Positions 14,251 through 31,810 of a DNA stretch of 64,000 bases are shown piece after piece. The position numbers and the translations under genes were made by a program. Every line of letters starts with the position of its first letter. Within the stretch, counting starts at the first letter, position 1. Source of the DNA: the human T2T-CHM13v2.0 reference genome, Homo sapiens. The stretch is from assembly GCF_009914755.1 (NCBI RefSeq), contig NC_060926.1. One strand, written 5' to 3'. The notes beneath the pieces are model-generated. The model did no database searches. It was given only the letters and a program-made list of their open reading frames with translations, and was not told the DNA's origin.

Positions 14251-14533
14251 TGTGTCTTAGTCTGTTCAGATTGCTATAACAAAATACCATAGACTAGGTG
14301 GCTTATAAACAGCAGATATTTATTTCTTACAGTTTTGGAGGCTGTGAAGTCCGAGATCAAGGCACTGCAGATTCAGTGTCTGGCGAGGGCCTTCTTGGCT
14401 GGTTCAGAGACAATGCCTTCTTGCTATGTTCTCATCTGGTAGAAGGAATAAGTTAGCTCTCTGGGGCATCTTTTAAAGGGGCATGAACCCCAATCAGCAG
14501 AGCTCCACCGTTAGGACCTAATCACCTCCCAAA
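14251..14533 (-). mobile_element. MLT1A/MST-type LTR fragment
   Basis: tgtgtcttagtctgttcagattgctataacaaaataccatagactaggtggcttataaac is the reverse of a MaLR LTR 3' end. Confidence 0.8.
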
Positions 14534-14684
14534 GGGAGTGCAGTTATTTGCATGCCTGTAACTGAAGAACGGTCCTCCTCTATCAGGGAAAGTTGTCCTC
14601 TTCGACTGAGCACACAGCTTCAAGAGGGACGCATGTGAAGTGGTGAGGGAGGAAGGGGATACCCACCTAGCCAGCCTCACATCC
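14534..14684 (-). pseudogene. 7SK snRNA processed pseudogene fragment (RN7SKP type), internally deleted and 3'-truncated
   Basis: Minus strand reads GGATGTGAGG-CTGGCTAGGTGGGTATCCCCTTCCTCCCTCACC...GTCGAAGAGGAC...GATAGAGGAGGACCG...CTGCACTCCC, a diverged match to the recalled 7SK sequence. Confidence 0.92.
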
Positions 14685-14855
14685 TACCAGACTTTTGATT
14701 TCTATCATTTCCTTCTGATTCTTTCCTAGATTTCTCATCTCTCTGCTTATATTATCCATCTGTTCTTGTATGTTGTTTACTTTTTCCATTAGAGCCTGTA
14801 ATGATTAATTTTATGTGTCAGTTTTGAGGTTCCAAGATGCTTGTTGAAAGTGAAG

Positions 14856-16950
<2,095 letters not shown>

Positions 16951-17191
16951 GCACGTACACGTGAGTGCCCTGGAGTTTAAGCTCCATTGGCTTCAGGCAA
17001 ATCTGCTTCTGCTGGTGATCCCCTTCCAGGCAGGGCGGGTCAGCCTCTCTGTGCACAGCTGTCCACTGCAAACTTGTCTCCCTCTCTCTGTGGCTGGGCA
17101 CCAGGACATGTGAAGAAGGAAGTTCTCAGGTTATAGGGACTCAGCCTCCAGGGCACAGCCAGCTAGCCTCGGTGACCATTTGGAGGCCTGG

Positions 17192-17878
17192 TGTGTTAGT
17201 CAGGGTTGTCTTAGAGGGACAGAACTAATTATATATATAATTTATTATTATTATATATAAAATATATTATAATTATTATTATAAAAATATATAATATATA
17301 TAATTATATATACTTAATATACTTTATATAATAAACTCATAATAAATAATAATTATATATAATTAATATATATAATAAACTCATAATAAATAATAATTAT
17401 ATATAATTAATATATATAATAAACTCATAATAAATATATATAATATATAATAAATTCATATATGTTTATATATGAGTTTATTAAGTATTTATATATATAT
17501 GAGTTTATTAAATATTAACTCACAGGATTACAACATCCCACAATAGCCTGTCTGCAAGCTGAGGAGCAAGGAGAGCCAGTCCAAGTCCCAAAACTGAAGA
17601 ACTTGGAGTCTGATGTTTGAGGGCAGGAAGCATCCAGCATGGGAGAAAGATGTGGGCTGGGAGGCTAGGCCCGTCTCACCTTTCCACATTTTTCTGCCTG
17701 CTTTATATTCGCTGGCAGCTGATTAGATTGCGGCCACCAGATTAAGGCTGGGTCTGCCTTTCCCAGCCCACTGACTCAAATGTTAATCTCCTTTGGCAAC
17801 ACCCTCACAGACACACCCAGGATCAATACTTTATATCCCTCAATCCAATCAAGTTGACACTCAGTATTAACCCTCACA
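17192..17878 (-). mobile_element. MLT2A (HERVL) solo LTR with internal AT-rich expansion
   Basis: tgtgttagtcagggtt...agagggacagaactaat start and aagttgacactcagtattaaccctcaca end. DUX-like tgattagattg at 17720-17730. Confidence 0.88.
17228..17515. repeat. AT-rich minisatellite/low-complexity tract with 44-bp unit and inverted copies
   Basis: aaactcat recurs ending at 17340, 17384 and 17428 (period 44). Reverse copies atgagtttatta near 17472 and 17499. Confidence 0.85.
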
Positions 17879-18469
17879 CTTGATAACAGGAGATTTCTGT
17901 AGACAGGAAAGTGAGGAAATGGAAGGTATCTCACAAGATGGTCCTGAAGAGACATCAGAGTCTTCCCTCTGGCCTTGCAGGGGCCTATGCAGGTAGCTGC
18001 ATGGAGCCCTTCTTCGGGTCAAGGAGATGATGTCCCCTTCACTGACTTTTGCACTTCCTTGAATCTGCAGGGGAGTGTCCCTCCAACTTCAGAGTGAGCA
18101 GCAGCAGCTGACCAGATTGGAGGACATTTCCACTGTCTTCCCTGGCAGCTGTGATGTGTTGTGCGGTGGCAGCTGAGGATTGCCTGTGTGTAATCTTTGA
18201 GGTTCCAAGATGCTTGTTGGAAGTGGAGCCTGGTCAAGCAGCAGAAAGGACAGCTGGATCCATGCTGGGTGGGGTGAGGTGGGGTGCTTGTCAGGGAAGT
18301 TGGCTTCAGCTGGAACTGGAGGTTGGCTCCAGCAAAGGAGGTTGAACATCACTGATTCCTGACCTGCAGCACCCAAATGGCCACAAAGAGATGTCATGGG
18401 TTTTGAGGAGGCCACAGAGCCAACAGCTTTAGTGTCTTCAGAAGGATGAAGAAAACTTGAACAACATTT

Positions 18470-21190
<2,721 letters not shown>

Positions 21191-23331
21191 GAGTTCTTCA
21201 GAGGAGGAGCTGTGTCAGCTCTGAGGTGACGCACAGCATTGTCAGCTTTCTAGGTCTGAGGTCCCGGCTGGCTGGGAGGAGATGATGTCCTGAAGGATGT
21301 GGACATGATGGGCTGGGGCTCTGGGGACTTGAGGGGAGTCCCCGCTGCAGACCTGGGTATGGGAATAAAAAGGCAATATCAAAGGCAGTAATTGGACCCG
21401 TGGGAGTGGACCATCTCGGGAAGAGAAAAGAGCATCGGGGCAGAGATGTGGGAGAGGGGAGGGGAGCCCGAGAAATGGTCAGAGAAGGAGGAGAAAATCC
21501 AGACTGTGCAGGGAGGAGAGAAGTGCCCCAGCAGCTGAAGACGGTGCCAGAGCCTACTGGCTGGGGGGACCTTGCAGAAGAATGGGCCAGACCCACTGGG
21601 GGCCACCTGGTAGCCCGGCGCTGAGAGCTGTGCACGCGGCCTCACAACACCAGGTGGCGCGGTGGACCATTGTAACAGCCACTCCTCTTAGCCCTGGTGG
21701 TTTCTTTTCATTAACGACAAATGAAAGAGCTGGGGCCTCGCCAAGCCCCTTTTCAACCGATAGAACCTCTGAGAGGGGCTGTGACCTTCCTGAAAGCATT
21801 ACAGGGGCATTGTGGCAAAGGTGGGGCTGCCTCCTGGCCTCCTGGCTCCTGTCCCAGGATCTCTCTCCAGTCACCCCTTACCTACCCCAAAGGGATCTAG
21901 AAAAGTGGCTGGCGGAATACCCGGTCAGAAGGCAGCCTGGAAGGACTTGAGGTCCACCAAACCCGTCTAGGTCCCCAGCACCACCTGCTTTTCAGTGTTG
22001 CCTGCGGTGAGATCACCTTCCTCAGCTTTCCCATCGATTCTCTGCTCCCAGTTCCCCACTCCCCATTCTCTTTCCACTCAGAGCCACATGATTTTCAGTT
22101 TAAGCCGAATTGAGTCACTCTCCGCGCCCCCCCCGCCCCTGTAACATCCCTCAGGGGCTCCAAATTGCTCCTTACCCCTACATTCATCTCCCTCATCGCA
22201 GCCACACCCTGAGCCTATGCTCACTTTGTGATTTGGTTGTTAAAGCATGTCCTGCTTTAACAACCCTTCTCGAAAGCTGCTAGTTTTGCCTGGAACGCTC
22301 CTCCTGCCCTCCTGCCGGCCCCCTAATTAGCATTTTGGTCTCAGTTTAGACTCACCTGGTTTTCCTGGTGCGCTCCCGTGGTGCGCCTCCCCTTTGCTTT
22401 GACACCGCCTTTGTCATGTTGACTTGTTTAGCATCTTTTCCCTCTAGACTGAGGATCCAGAACAGTAGGCAGGGTCCATGTTAGGTGCAGCCTGTCATCA
22501 GCGCCCAGCCATGGCTCTCTGCAGGCCATGGGAACTAAAGGTGGCGGTGCTGGCAGGGCAGGATAGGAGGTGGCGCCAGGAGCCACAGGGCAGTATTTCG
22601 AGGACAGCCCTGCTGGGTACTAAGATACAGCCAAGAGTGTCTGGAATGATGGGCAGAGCATCAACTGGTTTCAGAGTTTGAACAAATGGTGTTCAGAACA
22701 GCATGTTCTGCCAGAATGGTCAGCCAGACTGCCAGGACTGAGGGTCCTACAGAAGGACCCCCTTTGTCATTCTCACTTCCGTATTCCAGAACCGGGGGTA
22801 TTTTAGTGTGTGGGAAAATAAAGCAATCGTTGAGTTCGATTTCAGTCCCAAGTTTTGGAAAACGTGTGGGTGCATCTGCAGTAGATAGGTCTCAGCACGG
22901 CCTTTGTTCCAACCCAGTCAGAACTCAACCAGAATTGGGGCCAGTAGATCCTTGAGCCAGACAATGACAACATGGAGGTACCCATAAAGCCTAGGGGTGA
23001 CAAGCACCCAGCCATGCCATTCCTGTGGATACGAGGGTTGTTGGCCCATAGGACAAACTCTTCACAACATTTCCCTCTCCCTTCCCTCTTGCAGCTAGTT
23101 GCATCAGTGGGTGGTAATAGAGGTTCTGAATTTTCCCAGTGCATGGGCGGGACGGCTGAGGGGCTCCATGAATGCAAGTTTATTACACAAAGGAAGTCAC
23201 CTATCTCTTTATGTACATAGAGACTTCCAGAAGGCTAAAGAAATAAAAAATGATCTAAATGAGCTTTTCTCCTTTGTATTTCATATTTCAGTGTTACAAA
23301 TATATAAAATCTTTTTTTGGGGGAGTATTCA

Positions 23332-23696
<365 letters not shown>

Positions 23697-23799
23697 TTAG
23701 GCAGTTCTTTGTTTCTGCAGGAAGCTTTGACTCTGAGAAACAGGAACAAGACTGTGGTCTTTGAATCTGGCTCTTTACCTCCAGCCAGAATCTCCTCAA

Positions 23800-23895
23800 A
23801 ATCGTTATCCCAAACTTGCCCACTTCCTGAAGACAGATGATTCTTTCTTGTGGGGAAGTACAATGCAGGAAGTGGGCAAGTTTGGGATAACGATT
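23800..23895. repeat. Perfect 30-bp inverted repeat with 36-bp spacer
   Basis: 23800-23829 aatcgttatcccaaacttgcccacttcctg is the exact reverse complement of 23866-23895. Confidence 0.95.
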
Positions 23896-24717
23896 CTCTG
23901 CTAAATGGATTGAAATTTAACATTGGAAATTAGTCCAATGTAGTCATCCAGATAATGAAAATTAAACTATATACATCTCTATTTGTAGTAGAGATGGGGT
24001 TTCACCATGTTGGTCAGGCTGGTCTTGAACTCCTGGCAGGAAGTGAGCGAGGGAGAGGGGTGGGCAGAGAGATGGGAGAGGGAAAGAAAATCAGGACTGC
24101 CTCTGTATGGAGGGGGACTGAGGAAAATTCTGGAGACACTTTGAAGTAGCTTCAGGCTGAGACAGATGTCATCAGGAGAGCCCCTTCTGAAAGTGACTCC
24201 AAACATCTTGGGATAAAGGTGTTAAAAACATAAACTAGGTCACTAGGAATAAGTATATAAAGCAGTGAGTGTGCTGGTCATATTGTCCAAAGACAACCTC
24301 AGGATATTTGACTTGCTGACTGGGCAGTGTAGGAAGTGAGGTTGCACACCCCAGTGTGCATGAACCTGAAAGGAGCTGCTCCTCTGTGAAGCAGGAGGTT
24401 GAATGAGGTGGTTTTTCTATGCCTTGTCAGTCTTCTGTGGGACTAATAGTGGTCATGTTGGGAGAGCTGGAGAGTTTAGCAAGAAGACAGGAGGCCTGTC
24501 CCTCTGACCTCTCCTTAGCTGCCCCCCTGGCATCACAGTGCACACCATGTTCTTAAATTTAGGCCAAGTTTGCCGACAAAAGTGATATAGGTGAGCCATC
24601 GGCAAAAGATGGAGAAGGGAAGGCCATTGACATGCTATTCCACTCAACCTTTTGTTCGAGGACAAGATGCTTGGTTTAGGCTGGAATCTATAGTTTCATT
24701 TGTTTGGAATCAATGTG

Positions 24718-25096
24718 TGCTATGGTCTGAATGTTTGTGACCCCCAAATTCATATATTGAAATCAAACACCCAATATGATGGTGTTTTGAGGTGGTACAT
24801 TTGGGAGATGATTAGGTCATGATGGTAGAGCCTCATGAGTGAGATTAACACCCTCACAAAAGAGGCCCAGAGAGCTCCTACACCCCTTCCACCATGAGAG
24901 GACAAAGCAGAAAGATAGCCATCTATGAACCAGCAGGTGGCACCTCACCAGACACTGCACCTTGATCTTGAACTTCCCAGCCACCAGAACAGGGAGAAAT
25001 ACATTTCTGTTGTTTATACACCACCCACTGTATGTTATTTTGTTGTAGCAGCCTGAACACATGAAGACTGTGTGTGTGTGTGTGTGTGTGTGTGTG
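24718..25096 (+). mobile_element. MST/MLT1A-type LTR followed by (TG)14 at 25069-25096
   Basis: tgctatggtctgaatgtttgtg start and ttgttgtagcagcctgaacac end. Confidence 0.8.
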
Positions 25097-26163
25097 AAGG
25101 TTTTGAAAGTGACCCCCTTTTCAGCTTATCACAATGGAAGCTCACGCAGCTCTAGAACAAAACCCCATAATCAAAAGGTCTTTTGTCCACCATTATTTTA
25201 AATACAAGGTTGTATTTAAATGATCAGATCTGTAGTAATTACCATCTTTTAAAAATAATCTTTGAGTATATAATGATGGCCAAAAATTTTTAAAAAGCAA
25301 ATATGCAATACAATAGAGTTATATTATATTGGTTTCCAAATTCCATGTAATAAACTCATGACAACTGCCTTGAACGCAAATCACAGAGCCTCTGACTCAG
25401 GAATTTCCCTATTAGAGTCTGAAGCTCCAGCCCACACTTTGATATACCTTGGCAGGTCTCTGAAAAGGTAGGGTACACATGTATTTTGTAAACTTCAGCA
25501 GTAAGCTGGTTTTCTAAAATGTATGGATATGTACACAGACATTAAATGGGCCTATCTGGCTTTTGACACTTTTTAAAATACGATTTAAATCACTAGGACA
25601 ATTACATATAAAAAAAAGCAACTGTTCATTTATTGCTTCAGTTACCTATATTCCATTCCTCTTAGCATAAGACTCCCTTATCCCAGATTCTAGACTCAAG
25701 AGCTCTTCATTGTATTCAATCTTAGACCATCAACTGCCCATCTTCATGTTCCACCAAAGATATGAAATCAAATAAAATCAAAACATATTTATTTAATGCC
25801 TACGACAGGCGAGGCCTTGTTATAGGTTCTTGAGATGGAATAATAAAATTCTTTCACTACAGAGTTTATAACTTAGTTACAGATGTACACTTGAATTACT
25901 CATTGCTTTAGGGCTGATGGTCAATTTCTTCCCACTTCAAATGAGCCAGTCTGATGGGACATCTTGATATATTATGAGTAACAGTCAATGCGAAACTACT
26001 TTTTCATTTGACTACTGTTCTTGTTTTTTTTTGAGACAGAGTCTCACTGTGTCACCCAGGCTAGAGTGCAGTGGAGGGATCTCCCCTCACTGCAACCTCT
26101 GCCTCCCAGGTCCCAAAGTGATAGGGTTAGAATGTAGCCAAAACGAAGTGATCCATGGTTTTA

Positions 26164-26539
<376 letters not shown>

Positions 26540-26540
<1 letters not shown>

Positions 26541-29500
26541 GTTTTCAAGATACTAGAAAAGTAAAAGAAAAGAAACTAAAAAAAGGAAAAGAAGAAAAAA
26601 CTCACTAATGTGCAAAAAGAAAATATTTGAAGGTTTAAAACCCACTGGTAAAATTAAATACATGGATAAACCCAGTATTACTTTAATACTGTAATTGTGG
26701 TATATAATCCACATCATAACTATGGTATACAAATCTATCTATCTAGTATAAAGCCCCAAATACAAATCTATCAAAAACAATAATAGTTATAGCAACCTAT
26801 TAAGAGATAGGGAATATCGGCCAGGTGTGGTGGCTCACGCCTGTAATCGCAGCACTTTGGGAGGCCGAGGTGGGCAGATTACGAGATCAGGAGATCGAGA
26901 CCATCCTGGCTAACATGGTGAAACCCCATCTCTACTAAAAATCCCAAAAATTAGCTGGGCGTGGTGGCAGGCACCTGTAGTCCCAGCTACTTAGGAGGCT
27001 GAGCCAGAAGAATGGTGAGAACCCAGGAGTTGGAGCTTGCAGTGAGCCAAGATTGCACCACTGCACTCTGGCCTGGGTGACAGAGCAAGACTCTGTCTCA
27101 AAAAAAAAAATTAAAAAAAAAAAGGGAGATAGGGAATATAAAGATATATAAATTGAGATAATATAAAGCCAAAATGTGGGGAGGATGAAGTTAAAGTGTA
27201 GAGGTTTTTTCAGTTTTTTGTTTTTACATTTTTCTTTGTTTCTATTTTCTGTGTGATCTATGCTGCCATCTCTTTAAAATAACTTGTTGTATCTGTAAGA
27301 TTTTTTTGGTAAGCCTGATGGTAACCACAATGCAAAAATCTATAATAGATTCACTAAAAATAAAAAGCAATGCGTTAAAACATACTATCAGAGAAAATCA
27401 CTTACCACAAAGGAAGACAGTAAGAAAGGAAGAGAGGAGTTACAAAACAACCAGAAAACAAGCAACAAAATGGCAGTAGTAAGTCCTTACCTATCAACAA
27501 AAACACTGAATGTAAATGGACTCAGTTCTCCAATTAAAAGACATAGAATGGCTAAATGGATAAAGAAATAAGACCTGACTATATGCTGCCTACAAGAAGA
27601 TCATTTCACTTCTAACATGAAGGGATGGAAAAAGATATTCTATGTAATTGGAAACCAAAAAAGAGCAGGAGTAAGTAGCTGATATAAGTAAGTACTTACA
27701 TCAGATAAAACAGACTACAGATCAAAGACTGTAAAAAGAGACAAAGAAGATCACTAATGATAAAGGGAATAATTCAGCAGGAGGAAATATGTATCAATAT
27801 CTATGTACTGAACAACAGAGCTCTCAAGTATATAATGCGAACATTAACAAATCTAAAGGGAGAGATAGACTGCAATACAATAATAGTAGGGGACTTCAAC
27901 ATGCTACTATATGTAATGGACAGGTCATCCAGACAGAAAATCAAGAAACACTGGAGTTAAACTACACACTAGATCAAATTAGGCCTGACACTTACAGAAC
28001 ATTTTACCCAACTGCTGCAGAATACACATTTTCTTCATCAGCACATGGAACATTCTCCAAAACAGACTGTATATTAGGCCACAAAACAAGTCTCAACAAA
28101 TGCAAAAAAGTAGAAATCATATCAAGTATATTTTCTGATCACAATGGAATAAAACTAGAAATAACAAGGGGGGCCTTGGGAAATACACAAACACATGGAA
28201 ATTAACACACTCCTGAATGACCTAGGGCCAATAAGGAAATTAAGAAAATTTTAAAAATTTCTGGAAACAAATGAAAATGGAAAATGACATATCAAAATGT
28301 GTAGAATACAACAAAAATAGTACTAAGAGGGAATTTTATAGCAATAAATGCCTGTAACAAAAAAGTAGAAAGACTTCAAATAAACAACCTAATGATGTAC
28401 CTCAAAAAACTAGAAAAGAACAAACTAAACTCAAAATTAGAAGAAAAGATATAAAATTCAGAGCAGCAATAAATGGAGACTAAAAAATAAAGAAAATCAA
28501 TGAAATGAAAAGGTTTTTTTTTTTGGCAAAAACTAAATTGACAAACCTTTAGCTAGATTAACTAAGAGAGAAGACTCAAATAAATAAAATTGTAAATGAA
28601 ACAGGAGACATAACAACTGATGCCACAGACATACAAAAAATCATTAGAAGCTGTTATGAACAACTACATGCCAACAAGTTGGAAAACCTAGAACAAATGG
28701 GCAAATTCCTGGACACATACAACCTACCAAGATTGAAACCATGAAGAAATACAAAATTTCAACAAACCACTAATGAGTCATGAGATTGAAGCCATAATAA
28801 AATGTCTCCCATCAAAGAAAAGTCTAGGACCTGATTGCATTATTGCTGAATTCTACCAAACATTTAAAGAAGAATGATGACCAATTCCATTCAAATGCTT
28901 CATAAAAATTGAAGAGAAGGGAATATTTCCAAACTCATTCTATAAGGCTTGCATTACCCTGATACCAAACCAGACAAAGACACAACCAAAAAAGAGAACT
29001 ATAGGCCAATATCACTGATGAACATAGATGCAAAAATCCTCAAAAAAATACTAGCAAATGGAATTCAACAACACATTAAAAAGATAATTCATCATGATCA
29101 AATAGGATTCATCCTAGGGATGCAAGGATGGTTCAACATACAAATCAATAAACACAATATATCGCATTAAGAGAACCAAGAACAAGAACGATATGATTAT
29201 TTCAATAGATGCTGAAAAAGCATTCAATAAATTAAACATGCCTTTATAAGAAAAAAACCTTCAACAAACTAGGTATAGAAGAAACATACTTCAAAATAAT
29301 AAAGGTCATTAGCTATGAAAAACTCCTAGCTAATATAATACTGATAGGGAAAAACTGAAACCCTTTTCTTTAAAATCCGGGACCAGACAAAGATGCCCAC
29401 TTTCACCACTTTTATTCGACATACTACTGGAAGTTTCAGGGCAATAAGGCAAGAGAAAGAAATAAAGGGCATCAAAGAAAGAAGTTTAAATTAGTCTTGT

Positions 29501-31810
29501 TTGCAGATGACATGATATTATACTTAGAAAAACCTAAAGACTCCACCAAACAACTGTTGGAACTGATAAGTGAATTCAGTAAAGTTGCAGCATTCAAAAT
29601 CAACATACAAAAATCAATAGCATTTACATATGCCAAGAACAACAATCTGAAAAAGAAATCAAGAAATCAATTTCATTTATGGTAGCTACAAAGAATACAA
29701 AATACCTAGGAATCAATTTAACCAAAGATGTGAAAGATCTATCCAAAGACAACTATAAAACACTAATGAAAGAAACTGAAGAGGGCACCCCAAAATGGAA
29801 AGATATTTCATGCTCATGGACCCAATGACATTCTTCACAGAAATAGAAAAAATAATTCCAAAATTTACATGGAACAACAAAAGACCCCAAATAGCCAAAG
29901 CAATCCTGAGCAAAAAGAACAAAGCTATAGGAATCACACTACCTGACTTCAAAATATACTACAAAGCTATAGTAACCAAAACATCATGGTACTGGCATGA
30001 AAAGACATCAGACCAATGGAACAGAATAGAGAACCCAGACCCAGATATAAATCCATGCGTTTATAGCCAACTCATTTTTGACAAAGGCACCAAGAACATA
30101 CAATGGGGAAAGGAGAGAGTCTCTTCAATAAATGATGCTGGGAAAACTGGATAGTTATATGCAAAAGAATAAAACTGAACCTCTATCTCTCACCATATAC
30201 AAAAACCAAAGCAAATGGATTAAAGATTTAAATCTAAGACCTAAAACTATGAAACACTCCAGGACATTGGTCTGGGCAAAAATATTTTGTGTAAGAGCTC
30301 AAAAGCACAGGCAACCAAAGCAAAAACAGACAAATAGAATTACATCAAGCTAAAAACATTCTGTGCAGTAAAGGAAACAATCAACAAGTCAAGAGACAAT
30401 CCATGGAATGGGAGAAGATATTTGTGAACTATCCATCTGACAAGGGGTTAATAACCAAAATATATAAAGAGTTCAAACAACTCAAAAGTAAAAAACAAAC
30501 TGATTTTAAAATGGGCAAAAGATCTAAAGAGACATTTCTCAAAAAAAGACAGAGGGCCAAGAGGTATATGAAAAAATGCTTAATATTACTAATCATCAAG
30601 AAATACAAATCAAAACCACAATATAATCTCACCCCAGTTAAAATGGATCTTATTAAAAAGACAGGGAATGTAAATGCTGGCAAGGACGTAGAGAAAGGAA
30701 ACCCTTGTGCATTGTTGGTGGGAATGTAAATTAGTACAGCCACTATGGAGTATTGCATGGAGGTTCCTCAAAAAACTAAAAATAGAATTACCATCTGATC
30801 CAGCCATTCCACTACTGATTATATATCCATAATAGTCTGTTTTCACGCTGCTGATAAAGACATACCCATGACTGTGAACAAAAAGAGATTTAATTGGACT
30901 TACATTTCCACATGGCTGGGGAGGCCTCAGAATCAAGGTGGGAGGCAAAAGGCACTTCTTACATGGCAGTGGCAAGAGAGGAGGATGCAAAAGTGGAAAC
31001 CCCTGATAAAACCATCAGATCTTGTGAGATTTATGCACTACCATGGGAACAGTATGAGGGAAACCACCTCCATGATTCAAATGATCTCCCACAGGGTCCC
31101 TCCCACAATACATGGGAATTATGGGAGTAAAATTCAAGATGAAATTTGGGTGGGGACACAGAGCCAAACCATATCAATATCCAAAACAAAAGACATATTG
31201 AAGATATATCTATACTCCCATATTTATTGCAGCGCTATTCACATAGCCAAAACATGAAATCAACCTAAGTGTCCATCAATGGGTGAATGAATAAAGAAAA
31301 TGTGGTATATATACACAATGGAATATTATTCTGCCATAAAAAGGTTGAAATCATGTTATCTGCAGCAAGATGGATGGAACTGGAGGTGATGTTAAGTGAA
31401 ATAAGCCAAACACAGAAAGACAAATATCACATGTTCTCATTCCTATGTAGGAGCTAAAAAAGTGGATCTCATGAAGATAGAGAGTAGATTGGTAGTTACC
31501 AGAGGCCAAGAAGGGTAGGGGGAAATGAAGAGAGGTTGATTAATGGGTACAAACATACAGTTTGATAAAAGAAACAAGACCTAGTGTTTGATAGGTCAGT
31601 AGAATGCCTATAGTTTACAATAATTTACTGTGTATTTCAAAATCACTAGAATAATTCAAATGTTTCTACCATAAAGACAAATATTTAATGTGACAGATAT
31701 CCCAGTTACACAGATTTGCTCCTTATAATTACACAAATGTATTACATTATCACATGGACCCTCAAAATATGCACATCACTATGTATCAATCAAAAATTAA
31801 AATAAAAAAA
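26540..31810 (+). mobile_element. Decayed L1MA-type LINE (~5 kb; endonuclease, RT and 3' UTR) with nested AluY-like (26819-27123) and THE1 LTR
   Basis: ORF2 remnants: IIVGDFN (27757..), [14 protein letters not shown] (28949..), FADDMILY (29497..). Many stops and frameshifts. A-tail near 31800. Confidence 0.92.
30828..31176 (-). mobile_element. THE1 solo LTR inserted in the L1
   Basis: Ends gagccaaaccatatca. 5-bp TSD ATATC at 30823-30827 and 31177-31181. Confidence 0.9.

Noticed and set aside
17326-17435. Regularly spaced repeats as a possible CRISPR-like array
   Set aside because: Head-to-tail AT-rich minisatellite with no unique spacers, inside an LTR, in mammalian DNA.
25197-25220. 11-bp-arm hairpin tttaaatacaa-gg-ttgtatttaaa
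   Set aside because: Short and AT-rich, so plausible by chance or slippage. No supporting context.
27757-30729. Endonuclease and reverse-transcriptase peptide fragments as a possible novel retroelement or RT system
   Set aside because: Ordinary decayed L1 ORF2, broken by many stops and frameshifts and carrying nested Alu and THE1 insertions.
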